64,000 nucleotides of DNA, from assembly GCA_951406725.2 (NCBI GenBank), contig OX597815.1, forward strand, positions 51,584,001-51,648,000, given 5' to 3'. A program made the translations under genes and the position numbers. This stretch comes from Octopus vulgaris. Its lineage: Eukaryota. Below are positions 1 to 14,069 of this stretch, piece after piece (position 1 is the stretch's first letter; every line of letters begins with the position of its first letter). The notes under the pieces were generated by a model, which worked only from the letters and a program-made list of their open reading frames with translations, searched no databases and was not told the origin of the DNA.

Positions 1-618
1 TCAGCACCAAATTTTGCCAAAAGCTTGGTGATACCTGCTCAGAGGCCTATGCAAAGTTTTTATTGCTTTCAACACAATCAAGGTGATCTTGTGCAACTGA
101 AACCTGAGTGTTGTTTTGGTCAGCTGAAAGCAGTTTTGGCACAAACTTGGCAGACACAAGTCTCATACCCAAATCTTCAGTGATAACGGACTGAACTGAA
201 CTGTAACTAATCTGCACATCCTCTGATAACTCAAGGATGGTGATTCAATGATTTCCTCTCACAGCTGCACAGTACATTTGTCAATATCAACTTTTTCGGC
301 CATCTTGGAAACATATGAACCACTTGTACACCTGCGTGCAGCTCATACACTCCTCTCCAAATACTTTCTGCAACTTTGCGCAGGCCTCTGAGTAGATATC
401 GCCATGACAGTTTTCTCTGTCATGGTCAATGCAACAATTACATGCTACACACCTTCCTTCCAAGCACTGCTGTAAACAGCAGGAGTGAGTTAGAAGATGA
501 ACACTAAGTGTGCATGCACAGCAGAGTTCAAGGTCAATCTTTGCCAAATTGTTTCACTCTGCATACTTTAGCTTCGTTACTATGGCAACAGTTTGGATAC
601 TTGTTGATTATGCCTTGT
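1..618 (-). mobile_element. Decayed mariner element (5' part), fold-back derivative, truncated by the window edge
   Basis: The minus strand reads ...SEACAKLQKVFGEECMSCTQVYKWF..FQDGRKS, then ELSEDVQISYSSVQSVITEDLGMRLVSAKFVPKLL (mariner HTH plus a WVPHEL-like linker). A TIR-like end TA-CAAGGCATAATCAACAAGTATCC lies at ~595-619. Positions 1-58 repeat the transposase 5' part on the + strand. Confidence 0.85.
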
Positions 619-644
619 ATGTATATACATATATTTATGTATGT

Positions 645-805
645 GTGTGTGTGGGGGGTTCCCCCACCACCGATTGACAACCAGTGATTCAGCAAAAAAA
701 TACTGAGAGAATAAGTATCAGGCTTAAAAATAAATATTGGGATCAAGTCAGTGCTCCAGCATGGCTGCAGTCTAATGACTAAAACAAGTAAAGGAGTAAA
801 AGAAT
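645..805 (+). mobile_element. SINE family A, 3' fragment
   Basis: Matches the 3' half of the full copy at 55779-56185 (gtgctccagcatggctgcagtctaatgactaaaacaagtaaa). Confidence 0.75.
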
Positions 806-2124
806 AAATCATCCAAAACATATAAGTTCAAACCATATGTCAGACAGCACAAATGTTTCTCATTTGCTTCTGTCTGCATCAATGGAAAACATTTACTAGG
901 CTTCCATTAGTGTGGAAATTTTATTGATAAGAACAACTGAAAATATAAATTCCCACAGCAAGTCCTATGTAATTATCTGGGTTTGCAGGCACATCTTATC
1001 CTCTTTTACCTGCTTAAGAAGATGAATGTAAAGTGCATATGTTTTTGTAAATTCAAAAGAACAAAGAAAACTAATTTTTTACAAAAGTACTTATTCGAAA
1101 TCAAGAGTTAACAAAGGATATTTTCATACAATGTATACCTGTTGTCTGGGGTTTACTAACAGTAAAAACATGGAAAATTTTGGCAAAGAAGCCAATGAAC
1201 TAGAGTGCGATTCATCATGCTTGTATTTTTCTTAACAAAAACCCAAATCTCATTTATCATTTTGTGGATAACTTACTACAGTTTCACCAAAGTAACTGGT
1301 TTTGTCCCATATTGCTATCATTAATCAAATTTTCTACAGATAACTGACATCTTCATATAGGCATGTATCATCATATTCATAACTGAATACTATTTTCAAA
1401 CATACATACACTTTCATGTGTGTAAGTGCATGTGTATAAATATATGAATATACAGGCATATATACACACAATTATATAATAAAAAAAATACTTAGTAATA
1501 CAACTGCATGTGCAAATATATGAAATACATACACTCACTCCACAAACACATACATTTGTGATAAGCACACATCAACACAATCATACATTAGACACATTTC
1601 TAAATATATAATGCATACAGAAAAAGTAAATGTACACACATATTTACTTACAAATATATATGCATTTGTAATCAAGCACTCACATCTACGCATGCACACA
1701 TTCAGAGGACACAAATCTCAAAATAAATGTGTGTGTGCGCACGTGCGTTAGAGAGAGAGGGGGGAAGAGAGAGAGAGAAAATACGTATATACAAAATCTA
1801 ATAATAAATAATAAATAAAAAGTGTTTGTCAGTGATTTTTTTTCTTTACATCTCAGGAATCTTCTCTTCAATTACCCTTGTATGAAGTTTAACATTTCCT
1901 GCCCTCACATGCAGTTTACCCTGTCATCTCAGTTATCTTCCCATCTTAAATTTGGTCTCTCCTCATCATAACTAAATATCCTAGGAAATCAAAGACCCAG
2001 CAGAATTTGTAGAATGAGTTACTCTCAGTTTCACTGCCAGCATAAATACCTAACCCAGAATTATCACAGAGCCAAAAGAGGAATAAACTAAATAGCTAGC
2101 AATATTTAATCAGATATTGTAAAG

Positions 2125-2556
2125 CTTTGGGGCATTTCATCCGTCTTCGTGTTCTGAGTTCAAATTCCACTGAGGTTAGCTTTGCCTTTTATCCTTTCAA
2201 GGTCGATAAAATAAGTACTAGTTGATCACTGGGGTCGATGTAATCAACTTACCCACTCTCCCGAAATTACTGGCCTTGTGCCAAAATTTAAAACCAAAAT
2301 TTAATCAGGTGCTGCAAGGCAGCAAGTTGGCAGACCATTAGCATGCCAGGCAAAATGCTTAGCAGCATTCCATCTGTCTTTAGTTCTGAGTTCAAATTCC
2401 ATTATACTTTACCTGAGTTCAAATTCCATTATACTTTACCTTTCATCCTTTTGGGGGTCATAACATAGGTATCAGTTGAGCACTGGGGGGGGGGTCGATG
2501 TAATCAACTAGCCCCCTTTCCTGAAATTATTGGCCTTGTGCCAATATTTGAAACCA
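2125..2556 (+). mobile_element. Two tandem copies of tRNA-derived SINE family B
   Basis: B-box-like GAGTTCAAATTCC, core GCCTTTCATCCTTT..GGGTCGATAAAATAAGTAC and tail GGCCTTGTGCCAAAATTTGAAACC. The second copy has an internal ~28-bp tandem duplication at 2386-2440. Confidence 0.85.
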
Positions 2557-2895
2557 ATATTTAATCAAGTAGCTACATGTTTTGATTTCAAATTCATCCA
2601 AGATAGTCAATAAAATAAAGTTCTGACTCTATAATGGGGCCAATATAACGACCTGTTCTCTCATCCAAGACCTACAGCTGTTATCATCAGGGTTGTGGTT
2701 GTATAGATCAATGTGTTAAGTCAGGAGTAAGTGCTTTACTTTGACAAGCTTGATACCCCACTGTTTTAAGTTCAAGTCCCAAAAACACACATCACTTTCA
2801 TCCTTTCCATTTTCTTTATCAATATTGCTGCTTTAATGTCCATCTTTCATGATAGCAAGGGTTGGTCGTTTGTATTACAACATATCACTGCTCAT

Positions 2896-3305
2896 AGGTG
2901 TGTGATTAAAAAGTTTGCTTCATAACCAAATGGTTTTAGATTCAGTCCCACTGTGCAATTGCGTTTTACTACTGTTTTACTACTTGGGCAATTGCTTTTT
3001 ACTACTGTCCTGCGCCAACCAATATCTTTTGGGTGAATTTGATAAACAGAAACTCTAATAAACCTGTAGCATACATGCACTTTATTTCACTTGGTGCATC
3101 TGAGTGAAGCAATGTTGATGTTGACTCTATTTGTTGATTTATGACCAGTTGTCCAGCACTTTCAAAAACCTGTACAATATGAAAATCCCTTACCTGTAAA
3201 ACAGATGAGGGTTAGTGACAGGAAGAGTATCAAACTTTAAAATCTTGTGTCAAAATCAATTCCTGACAAGCTTTGCTGACATAGAAATGTAAACAAATGA
3301 ATGAA
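2896..3305 (+). mobile_element. Old SINE with family-A head and RTE-like 3' tail
   Basis: The head (ttcagtcccactgtg..ttgggcaa) resembles SINE A. The tail gggttagtgacaggaagagtatc resembles the RTE 3' motif GGTTGGCGTTAGGAAGGGCATCC. Confidence 0.6.
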
Positions 3306-4329
3306 CAAAGGAACATCATTTCATCATCTTAGACTTGGAAAAAAGAATTCTTTGTGATTGCAAACCCCTATAGCATTAAATGTCATCTAGATGAAAGAAA
3401 AAAATAGCTATCTACCACATCTGGTGAGCCATCTGAGCATCTCATGGACTTCATTTCACAGATGCTCCTACAGCTAATTACTCTTGTAGCTCTATCATAT
3501 CCAAAGTCCTGGTCTTCTAGAAGAAGACTCTTGCCTTTGATGTATCAGGGGGAATTCATTATACAACAATAAAATTACAGTAAGAGAGGATCCCCAAATG
3601 AGAGATAACCACATAAAGTAGCTATGCATCCCCTTATGTGGTTCCTCACCATCTGGGAATTTTTGTTCTTGTTGTTATTGTTCTATAATGTTATGACTAT
3701 TGTAATCTGTTTATTAATATGTCTTTATTGTTATTGTTGATCTTAACCTCTTACTTCATGTAAATACCCCATCACTCTTTGCTTCTGTTTGTAGTTTGAA
3801 CAATCCCTAATGTCTTAGGCCCTGGTGACCAATAAAAGAACAAGATTATTATTATGATGCCCTGCTGTTATAGAGTAACAGATAAACATCTAGCAAGATG
3901 AGTTTCTGAGCCAATCTCAGTAACTGTTTAAAGTTAATTCTTCTCATTTATGCCACAAATGTTTTTTTGAGAAAAGCCTGAATAATACATAATCCCTTTC
4001 CCCTCCCTGTAAGTTTCTGGTTTTGTGCACAAGCAAGAAAATATTATTACTACATCTATTGTTATCATAATCACTGAAAGTGATGGCAAGCAGAAACAAA
4101 AGAACACAGGGGGAAAATACCTCCTGCATTCTGCTACATCTCTTTATATCAGGAGTTCAAATCCTACAGAGGTTGAATTTGCCTTTCATCCTTCCAATGT
4201 GAAATGAAAATGTGTACAAACACTGATGTTGATTCAATCAATTTACTTGTCTCTACACATTTATGAACTAATGCCATTATAAGCAATTATACAAACATAA
4301 TTACAATTCAGAGTACTTTATATGTCTAC

Positions 4330-5790
4330 ATATAACAGTGAGTTTAGGTCTGTCTTAGATGTATAAGAATTGCACATACTTCATTATTTATGTTTTGATT
4401 TTGATCATGTGTTCCCATATGTTCATTTGTTGTTATTGTATAGTGTGTTGTATAGCATCCATACTGTACCTAACAGTGATTCGTTTATATGCTATGTAAT
4501 ATGAGATGTCTGCTATTTATTTGTATCTTTTTTGTTCGTTCTGTTTTTTAATTAGTCTTAATGAGATTGTTTAGGTTTCCAATCTCACATTCTAGATATC
4601 TCTTAGTTATTATACATAAACAATTTCTCCTGTTCATTCAAGCATATGCTTTGTCTGCTGAGGCAGAAACGAGGTTTTTTTTTTCTTTATTTTTTATCTT
4701 TGTTTTTACTACCTCTCTGTCATTGTATGTAGAATGCACCATAATTTAACGTAGCTTTGTTATTTCCAGACACTGATAGCAGCAGTCTTAGGGGCACATG
4801 TTGTAACACTGACACAGTTTTCAGAAGAGATACCTAGCACCTTTGTTATATTCATATACTCAGATTTTATACAAAATCTAAATTTCCTCTAGCAACAGTA
4901 TTACTTAATTTTTAACCCTTCAGCATCCAGATAACTCTGTCAAATGTAATGTTTATTTATTCACATTGTTTTGAATTAATCATGCATTATCTTGTAGCCT
5001 TGAGATTTTGATGATGCAACTCTTTATTTTTAGAATGACATTACAGACCAGATGAGAGACCAGATCTGACTAGTTGGAGCATAAAAGAAGTAGAATATTT
5101 GGGTTGGATATAGCTGGTTTCTTTTATGCAATGTTTTTCAGAAATAAGTCCTGATCTTGTTATTAGAAGCCCTCAGTGTGAGTTTGAAAATCTGAACTAT
5201 GGAACCAGGTTCTGATTCTTGAGGATCTATGCTTGTACTCTGGAATTCTGGATTTTTTCCTAAATATTTAGAACACTTCCTTTTGGTCCTCTTTTTTTTT
5301 TCTTTCTATTATTAGGTTTGTTCTTCTGTTAAACTCTTTGCTAATTTTCTCCTTCATTTCTCTGTGTCATATATTATCGGTTTCATCTGCTGAACATATG
5401 TATCATTGGTTCTGGTTTAATTCCCTCATTTCTGTGTCTATTTTTAATTTGAAGTACTCAGTTTTTGTAAATTTATTTCTCTTTGTCATAGCTTTGGCAT
5501 TTTTGTCTAATCACATAATGAGTTATAGGTTCCCCCACCACCACCACCACTGGGATTTGTCGTTCGAAAATATCTGAAAGTCATCTACAAAGAGATAGTT
5601 TGTAGTTCGTCCATAGCCTCTCTAGCCATTGATGATTTTGTTCAACAGATTTGTTAATGGAATCCAGTACTATGCAAAAGAGTAGAGGGGATAATGGGCC
5701 TTCTTAGAAGATCTCACTTTTTATGGGAAAAGGGTTGGTTTTAATTATAATATCTTTATTTTAAAATATTGTTGTTTTTCATTTGGTTAA
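4330..5790 (-). mobile_element. Highly decayed R4/Dong-like (RLE-type) LINE remnant, interrupted by a MITE
   Basis: Minus-strand motifs: EIF*EGPLSPLLFCIVLD (~5660-5720, cf. GIFQGDxLSPLLF), TNYLFVDDFQIF (~5570-5605), HTEGF**QDQDLF (~5142-5180, cf. R4 ETEG..QDQ) and ESLLGTVWML near 4455-4485. Confidence 0.55.
4912..5130 (+). mobile_element. piggyBac-like MITE (TTAA-CCCTT... family)
   Basis: Starts TTAACCCTTCAGCAT. Same body as the copies at 16123-16344, 34974-35196 and 37128-37348, which end in ..GCTAAAG(A/G)GTTAA. Confidence 0.7.
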
Positions 5791-6199
5791 TGTACTTGAA
5801 AAATCTAACATTCTCTTTTTATTTTGGTTTTATTTCTGCTGCTACCAATAAAAATCAAGGGCCTCATGTTCAGAGTTAACTTGTTGAGAAATCACCCTTT
5901 CTGAACTACATTAAAATATTTATATATCATCTGTGCAAACATCCTCCCTCTCCCAACCAAAAGCAATTTTGTTGCTAATTGATTTATCAATAGACATAGC
6001 TGATTTGTTTCTAAATAACATAGGTTAAATTTTAAGTATGATTTTGTTTATATTCAGAAGATAATTTCATCTTGTCTTGTTTGACCTGAGAACTTATTTG
6101 TTCCTTATTTCAGAGTATGTTATTTAAACAGTAAATAAGTCATTATTAGCAAATTAGTAAATAAGACATATGAAGCAAATTCAGCTATAAATAATAGTG

Positions 6200-6415
6200 T
6201 AAAATTTTGGCATAAGGTCAGCAATTAAAGGGAAGGAGAGGCAAGTCAATTACATCAGCCCTATTACTTCAATTGTACTTTATTTTACTGACCCCAGAAG
6301 GACAAAAGGTAAAGATGACTTTGGCAAGATTTAAAACTCAGAACATAAAGAGCCAGAAGAAATGCCACTAAATATTTTGTCTAAAAACACTAATAATTCT
6401 GCCAGCTGACTTCAT
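6200..6415 (-). mobile_element. SINE family B
   Basis: Reverse complement of the 2317-2556 type sequence, diverged. Confidence 0.7.
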
Positions 6416-7399
6416 AATACACTGAGTTGAAAATTCTTTGGATGTGAAAAAAGGAAGAAAACTGCAGTCTGAGCTCAAACAACACAGATAGGTGGTTCAA
6501 TCCCACAGACAGCTTTCTACCTTTTTTTTTTTCCTGCATGCACATTTTCATTTTCATCTCAATCCATTTATTGCTCAAGTTTCACTTTCTAGAATGTTTG
6601 ATAGAATGTTTGAGAGCATTGCAACTTTTAGCACCTGTCCTCAACTGTAACAGAAGCCTCAATTTACCATAAAGATTTTTGAGTAATAATTAATTAACTC
6701 AGCATTTATTAGAAAACCTGAGATAAATTTTTAATAATTCAACTAGTTTTCAAACCCACACTCAACTAAAAATATTCCAATCAACTATCTCACAAGTAAA
6801 ATGTTGTAAATGATGTGTCTATATACAGAATATATCTTCAATTTCATCCCACAGTCAATTGTATAAATGCTGTGTGTGTAATGTCTTTGTTCCATAGTTA
6901 AGCATTATATACATAGACTATAGCAGAATAAAAATATAGATTGTCCTTATTAGCCTCATCATTGTCAGTGGCAGTAGCAGTGGTGGCAACAGCAGCATTA
7001 TCATCATTATCATCACCACAAGCAGCATCCTCATTCCATCATCATCATTACTGTCATCGTCATATCAACATCATCATCATCTGTGTATTTGCTTCAGCTG
7101 AGAGTACATGATATGTTGTACTACCCTCAAAATTAGATACCCAAGCTTAACATCTTCATTATACAGCTCAAAAAATGTTAACAGTAAACTGGGTTTCAGT
7201 TGCAACCTGGGACAGACGCGATGAGCAGCCATGCTCTCGTAGGGTTCAGCACTTGTTCACCGAGCAAACATTCTAAAGAGTGAAACTTGAGCAACAAATG
7301 GATTGAAATGAAAATGAAAGAGCCATATGGATATATATGAAGCAAGAAGTCAAACTATAGGACTAGACTGAAATAAAAATGGGAACCCTGGGAACAATC

Positions 7400-7476
7400 A
7401 CCATACATACATATACACACACACATATATACACACACATACTTAAAGACATATACACATATATATATATATACAC

Positions 7477-7511
<35 letters not shown>

Positions 7512-7552
7512 CATATATATGCATGTACACGTATGTAACATATGTATACATA
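7400..7552. repeat. (CA)/(TA) compound microsatellite
   Basis: Directly visible. Confidence 0.9.
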
Positions 7553-7674
7553 TAGTTATCCGCTTATATTCCCTATTTAAATTAAGTGATTTTTCAAGTG
7601 ATGCCAGATATTTTGCTTTTATAGTTTGTATTTTAATACACATATACATATATACATGCATGCATACATACATA

Positions 7675-8851
7675 TTAGGTCATCAAGTATGAAATTTGTA
7701 GTAAGGTATATTGTAAATTTTGACAGCTGCTCATTTTGCACCATTATTATATTTTGACAATCTTTATTTTTTGTTAGAAAGCTGATACATCTATTTCTTT
7801 ATTCTAACTCATTTTGCACTTTATAAAGTATATATAAATCATTTTTTGCTATTTTTGTTTAGAGATGTATAAGTCAGAAATTCATACAGTTTTGAAATAT
7901 GAGTTCTTCCTTGGAAATACAACATCACAGACAGCTTGGAATATTAATGGAGTATTTCATTCTAATGTTATTACACAGCAAACAGTATCAAATTGGTTTG
8001 CAAAATTTCATTCTGGTAACTTTGACCTCACAAATGAGCAATGCAGTTGGCCAGAAACAAAGGTGGGTAATGATGAACTGAAAGCTACCATCGAGTTAGA
8101 TCCATCTCAAAGTGCCTGTGAATTATCGTTGTTGTTGTTTGTTCTACTTTCTCATCTCAAAAATGAATTTTTTTTTTTTTAATCAAATTGTAACATGTGA
8201 TGAGAAATTGATCCAATATAACAATTGTAAACGTTCAGCACTATGGTTGGACAAAGTCAAGCCACACAGCCCAAAATACAGTCCAAAAAGCAAAATTCCT
8301 CAAAAGAAGCTGATGGTATGTGTTTGATGGTCTGGTGCAGGTGTGACCCATTATGATTTCATTAAACCTGGCTGATCAATCACGGGCGAAGTATACTGCA
8401 GCCAACTGGACCAAATGTTGCAGAAACTTACAAAAAAAACGGCCTAGATTAGTCAACAGATCCACTCCTATTTTATTACAAGACAACGCCAGACCACATA
8501 TTGTAAAATTGACATTGGTGAAACTACAAAAGTTGGAGTTGGAAGTTCTCCATTATCTACCATACTCACCTGATCTTGCCCCCACTAACTACCACTTCTT
8601 CCAGAATTTGGATAACTTTTTGATAGGAAAAAAACTGAATTTCAGTGATGCTGTAAAACAGGCCTTACAAGATTTTACTGACTCTAGATTGCCAGGCTTT
8701 TACAGTTACAGGCTGGACAAGCTACTGCTGAAACAGCAAAAGTGTATTGACAATATGGATACATACTTTGATGAATAAAACTATTCCTTGTATTAATAAA
8801 ATATTAGCAAACTTTTTTTCTGTTCTACAAATTTCCTACTTGATGACCCAA
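7675..8851 (+). mobile_element. Full-length but inactive mariner (cecropia-subfamily-like) DD34D transposon
   Basis: 27-bp TIRs TTAGGTCATCAAGTATGAAATTTGTAG (7675-7701) and 8825-8851, with 2 mismatches. TA TSDs at 7673-74 and 8852-53. Fragmented transposase 7865-8778 with YEF..G, TCDEK, LQDNARPH and YSPDLAPTNYHFF (third catalytic D changed to N). Internal deletion near 8130 and frameshifts. Confidence 0.95.
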
Positions 8852-9095
8852 TACATGCTTACATACATACATATATGGGATAAGTAACACACTGCCTAAA
8901 TACCAATCTTGAGAAATTAGGCTTCTCAAAACCAGAAAGCTATTTCGAAGACTACAGATCCAACCCATTACTAGAACTGTAAAAATCTGTAAAACTTTCC
9001 AGAAGTTTAGCATTTAAATACATATCAGCATGTCTAGATATGCAACTATATGCATGAAAATACATACATAATGCAAAATACAAATCTGCACATAT

Positions 9096-9305
9096 ATGCA
9101 TGCATGCATGCATGCATGCATACATACATACATACATACATACATACATACATACATACATACATACAAACAAACACACAAACAAAAATACTCTTTTGTT
9201 GATGTTGAAATTTCCAATGAAGGAGCCTTGGATCTAGGTTAGAAACCAGCTCTTTCTCTATTGGCAAGAAATCTTGAAATAAAACTGAACAGTGACTGAC
9301 TGACT

Positions 9306-9382
<77 letters not shown>

Positions 9383-9405
9383 ACATACATACATACAAAC
9401 AAACA
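9096..9405. repeat. Compound tetranucleotide microsatellites (ATGC)n-(ATAC)n and (ACTG)-(ACAG)-(GCAG)n
   Basis: Directly visible. Confidence 0.9.
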
Positions 9406-9939
9406 AAAAGCTACCAAGTATTGTCAGTTGGTGGAAAGAATGAAATAATATCAGCAAGTAGAGGATTGAGGATGGCAAGTAGTGACTGGATGATCCTAAA
9501 CCACACGTGTGATTATCAAATGTTGAAATAGGGGCTGAATAGAAATGAGGTAAAGGCAGAGAAAATATAATCCTGATGGAATGAAGGGGGTTCTGACCCA
9601 AATAAATATCATAGATTTACCAAAAAAAAAAACAAGAGGAAAGAAGCTGTCATGTTATGCCATTCCAAACATAAGAAAAGGAGCAATGACAGTGGTGACA
9701 GCGATGGCAGTGTTAGACAGTTACTGGTAAATGCTGTAGGTTTCATTGTGGCGACAGAGGTGTGAGAGGAGCAGTGGTGGTGGCAGACATGATAGTGGTA
9801 GGAGGGTTTGAGAGCCTTACTGTGTGGAGACAAAGCAACCATGGATTTGAGACAATGAGTGCAGAGGGAGACAAAGACATATAGGAAGGAAGGGGAGCAA
9901 ATTAGAGGTGTAGATTTGGTGCCTAGCAGTTGAGTCATA

Positions 9940-10009
9940 CATACATGTGTATATATATAGAGATAGATACACACACATACACACATATATATATATATAT
10001 ACACACACC

Positions 10010-10054
<45 letters not shown>

Positions 10055-10135
10055 CTATCTCTATATATAGAGAGAGACAGATAGATAAATATATACATAA
10101 ATATACATATATACACACATAAATAAACATACACA
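9940..10135. repeat. (TA)/(CA)/(GT)/(GA) compound microsatellite
   Basis: Directly visible. Confidence 0.9.
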
Positions 10136-10401
10136 CCAAAGTGAGAAAATGGGAACTATGACACAGAGTGTTAGCAAGCTTCAGAAATAAATGATGACAA
10201 GCCATTGATGAAAATAAAATCGATTGATAATTTGAAAATAGGGATTCTCGTGTGACAGAGTAAACAGAAACCATTATTTATGAATATTTATGCCATTTGA
10301 CATGGTATGTAGTCAGACAAATTTCTTGCTTGAACAATTAAAGGGAAGGGAAAATAGCATCTTAACTACCAAGGTCTCTATGTCTCCTTCTACCTTATTC
10401 A

Positions 10402-10440
<39 letters not shown>

Positions 10441-11309
10441 TGCATACCCCTTCTTCAAAAACTTCATGGAATTCCAATATCGATTGCACATAGTCTCACA
10501 AATCTTCTTCGACAATTCATATTAAACATTAACTAAGTAACCTCACACAGCCACCCAATTGATTATCTAACTGGCCAGTATGACCAAGGCTACTCTACAA
10601 AAGCAGAAATAAATAAATGATTAAATCTATCATCATCATCATCTTTAACTTTTTTCCCTCCGCCCTTAAATTCCTTTACTGTAGCAACTGAAGTCCATCA
10701 ATTAGACATAGTGATTTTATAACATTCATGTCTTTCTTACAAGTGCTAGTAGTCTATCTGTAACATTAAACAACACAGACATAACCTTTCTTCAGAACTT
10801 CTATCCTACATGACTCACAGAGTAGCCTCTACATAGTCACTCAATCAATTAGAAACAGTAGACAAATCTCCCACAAATAACACTGTACTGTCTTAAAAAA
10901 TAGAAACATTAAGTAATCTACTACTGGATATATTATATTATCTTAATCTTCTGTCCCAGACAGTACTTATTCCCATATTTTGGATTATACTACTGCTTCA
11001 CACAGTTACCCTTGAGTTCATCCAAAAGAAGGTTATTCAGCTTATACAGTTAAATGCCACTTCCATCCACAAGACTTCTTTTTATCATTTCTACTTGTGT
11101 GCAACCGTCACATCCAGCACTAAACAATCTACATAATCATTTGTTTCCTTTCTTTGTGACCATCATGTTCCATACAAACTTTTAACAATAAAACAGATGA
11201 TTAATTGAAAACAAACTCATTCATCCAACTTACCATTCATCCCACTTTTTCCACTGAACAATAAGGTGACCACTGCACTTTCATTATTGTAATATACACC
11301 ATATGTGCC

Positions 11310-11628
11310 AGCGCATGGCTCAGTGGTTAGAGCGTCAAGTTTACAATCATGAGGTTGTGAGCTCAAATCCCAGACCGGGCTGTGTGTTGTGTTCTTGAGC
11401 AAGACACTTTATTTCACATTGCTCCAGTTCACTTGCGACGTCACAGGTGCCAAGCTGTATCGGCCTTTGCCTTCTCCTTTGATAACACTGGTGGTGTGGA
11501 GAGGGGAGGCCGGTATGCATGGGAGATTGCTGGTCTTCCATAAACAACCTTGCCCGGACTTGTGCCTGGGAGGGTAACTTTCTAGGTGCAATCCCATGGT
11601 CTGTCTCGTGACCAAAGGGAGTCTCAGA
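11310..11628 (+). mobile_element. tRNA-derived SINE family C
   Basis: A box TGGCTCAGTGG, B-box-like GAGCTCAAATCCC and core GTTCTTGAGCAAGACACTTTATTTCAC, shared with 14700-15000(-), 15375-15650, 35490-35688(-) and 41585-41905. Confidence 0.85.
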
Positions 11629-12442
11629 TGCCGGCATATAAAACAAGCAGGTGTACAAGACAATCCCCAGGATTTCCGTTTAAAAAGTGAATTCTGAGCT
11701 ATATTTGCTGTATAAGACTATCCTAACTTTTTGTGGAAATTAGCTCGAGTACCAAACATACAAGCTTCATAGCTAAAGGAGTCAGGTGAACTGTAGCTAC
11801 CCCAGCAGCTCCTGGAATCTCTACTTTTCTTGTGTTTCAATAGCATTTTAAGTATGTTTCAATCAGTAAACTTAGTATGTAACAATTCTGCTGTCTTAGT
11901 TGTCTAAAATTTATCCAGTTCTTTTCAAAAAGTGGCCAGATATTGTAAATTACCTACTATAATACACAACAAATATACCTGGATAGTGTAAGCACTACTG
12001 TTGTGACATCACTTAGTTGTCGGTTATTTTTTACATTGACATTGGTGATACTCTAAACTACAGGAGGTTATGGTTCAGAGTTTATATAAGACGACCCCTA
12101 GTTTTGGGGCGATTTTTGTGAAGTTCAAATTCCATCTTGTATGCCAGTATATACAGTATATATACCGACATACACACACACACACACACACACACATGCT
12201 TGTATTGAAGCTTCCGACACTCCATATTGGAGCTTCCAGCATGAATGCCAAGCAGTACAGCATGTCATTCCCAAATTTCAAGCAGAATAAGTTGCATCAT
12301 ATGCTGTTTTTCTCACAGAAGGTGCCCAACTTACCCTATTATACTGTGTAGCTGGCAAAATCAAAAATAAACAGTGTGCATGTGCAAAATTAAAAATATA
12401 AAATGGCAACAATTTACCCATTGCACTCTGTATGTATGTGTG

Positions 12443-12616
12443 TGTGAAAAGCACCCAGTCTACTCTGTAAGGTGGTTGGCATTAGGAAGAGCATCCAGCT
12501 GTAAAAACCTTGCCAAAGCAGACAGCAAAGCTTGGTGCAGTCCAATGGTTTACTATTTACTGTCAGACTGCCCAACCCATACTGCCATGGAAAACAGATG
12601 CTAAATGATGATGATG
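12443..12616 (+). mobile_element. Solo RTE LINE 3' terminus
   Basis: aaaagcaccc..ggttggcattaggaagagcatccagctgtaaaaac..cccat..catggaaa..(GAT)n, matching 49145-49320. Confidence 0.8.
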
Positions 12617-13139
12617 CCAATACTAGACATACTATATATACACTAGATATGTTACACATAAATGTATATACCCTGAATGTACAAGCCCAATATAGAAGCT
12701 TCTAATGATCATTCAACCAGCTAAAAGTAGCTACCAAATCTCCAAATCACATCTTACTGTCTTATAAAAGGAAGGCTACATTTAATTATATAGTACTGGT
12801 CACAGCTTCAGTGCCTTTGATCATAAATTTTTTTGAGTAGAGTTAACTTTGGGATCGAGCAGTGCTTCTTGGGGGAGAGTGGGTGGGGTAAGGATTAAAA
12901 ATGTGGATAAACAATTTGCCATATTTAATAAAAACTAAGATGATTTTTAAACTTAGTGAATTTGTCCAATACCCTGATAAAGAAAGGAAGAGGAATTATG
13001 TAAGTGCTACCTTTATTTTGTTTTCTCATTACTAAAGGGTGAAGGCGAAAATCACCATTAATATTTTAGTGGGATAGGGCTGGTATTTTTGTTAGTTTGA
13101 GAACAACAATATCATCACATATTTTTAAATCCTGCCCCC

Positions 13140-13183
<44 letters not shown>

Positions 13184-14069
13184 CTCTCTGTAGCACCATT
13201 TCCCTTCAGACCACTCAAAATATTTTCCTCGTGCAACAGAGCTACAGAGAAATATGAATTGCTCTAAACAAAAGCATCACTTCCATAACAACACCTGCCC
13301 TTTCTCTTTGTTCAAATAATTGAAAATAAAAATTTTTAAAAAGCCAGTTAACAGACTCTTAAAGTATTACCATTTTAAGTTGAATAAATAAACATATAAA
13401 TTTAATAGCAGCCAATCTTGCTTCTGTCACCTGTACCTAGCCTGCAGATGTGTAGTCATAAATGTATTGCTAAAAGAAAAGGTACAAAATGAAAGCAGTT
13501 GTAGGACGTGTTTGTTGATGTCATTTGATATAAAATTAGGCATTTGTTACAAAAATTCTCTTCCAGCAACTAACTTAAACATATTCAAACACCTGACACC
13601 TAAGACTAATGTCTTACAATCAATGAAAAGTAAACAGTTGATCTCACAAATAAAATAAGCAGTGAAACCTGCAAGTTCAATACAAGTGTCAATAACAGTT
13701 TAATGGTGAAACTAAGACAGAGAGAGAGCGCATAAAATTCAAGAAAATACAAATATAAACATATGCATAGGATTGTCTCATAGTTTGAATCATGTTTTTT
13801 ATTATTAAAGACTTTTAATACAATTTTCATCCAGAATTACATTCAAAAGGAAATTGCTTTGTAAAATATTTAGCACAATTTAGCTTCATGGAAACTTTAG
13901 CATAAAATTTGTTGAAATATTGTTACTCTATATATAAAGCAAAGTTCAGTAAGGGAAATAGTTAGTCCATATGCATACGTGTGTATAAATAAATATGTGT
14001 ATAGGCACGCATATATGTGTTTGTGTGTAGTTGTATATTTATACACACACACACACACACACATATATA

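Noticed and set aside
9609-10274. 221-aa ORF and the many Y/I/C/V/H/T-rich ORFs in the track
   Set aside because: They are open frames through dinucleotide or trinucleotide microsatellites with no protein-like composition.
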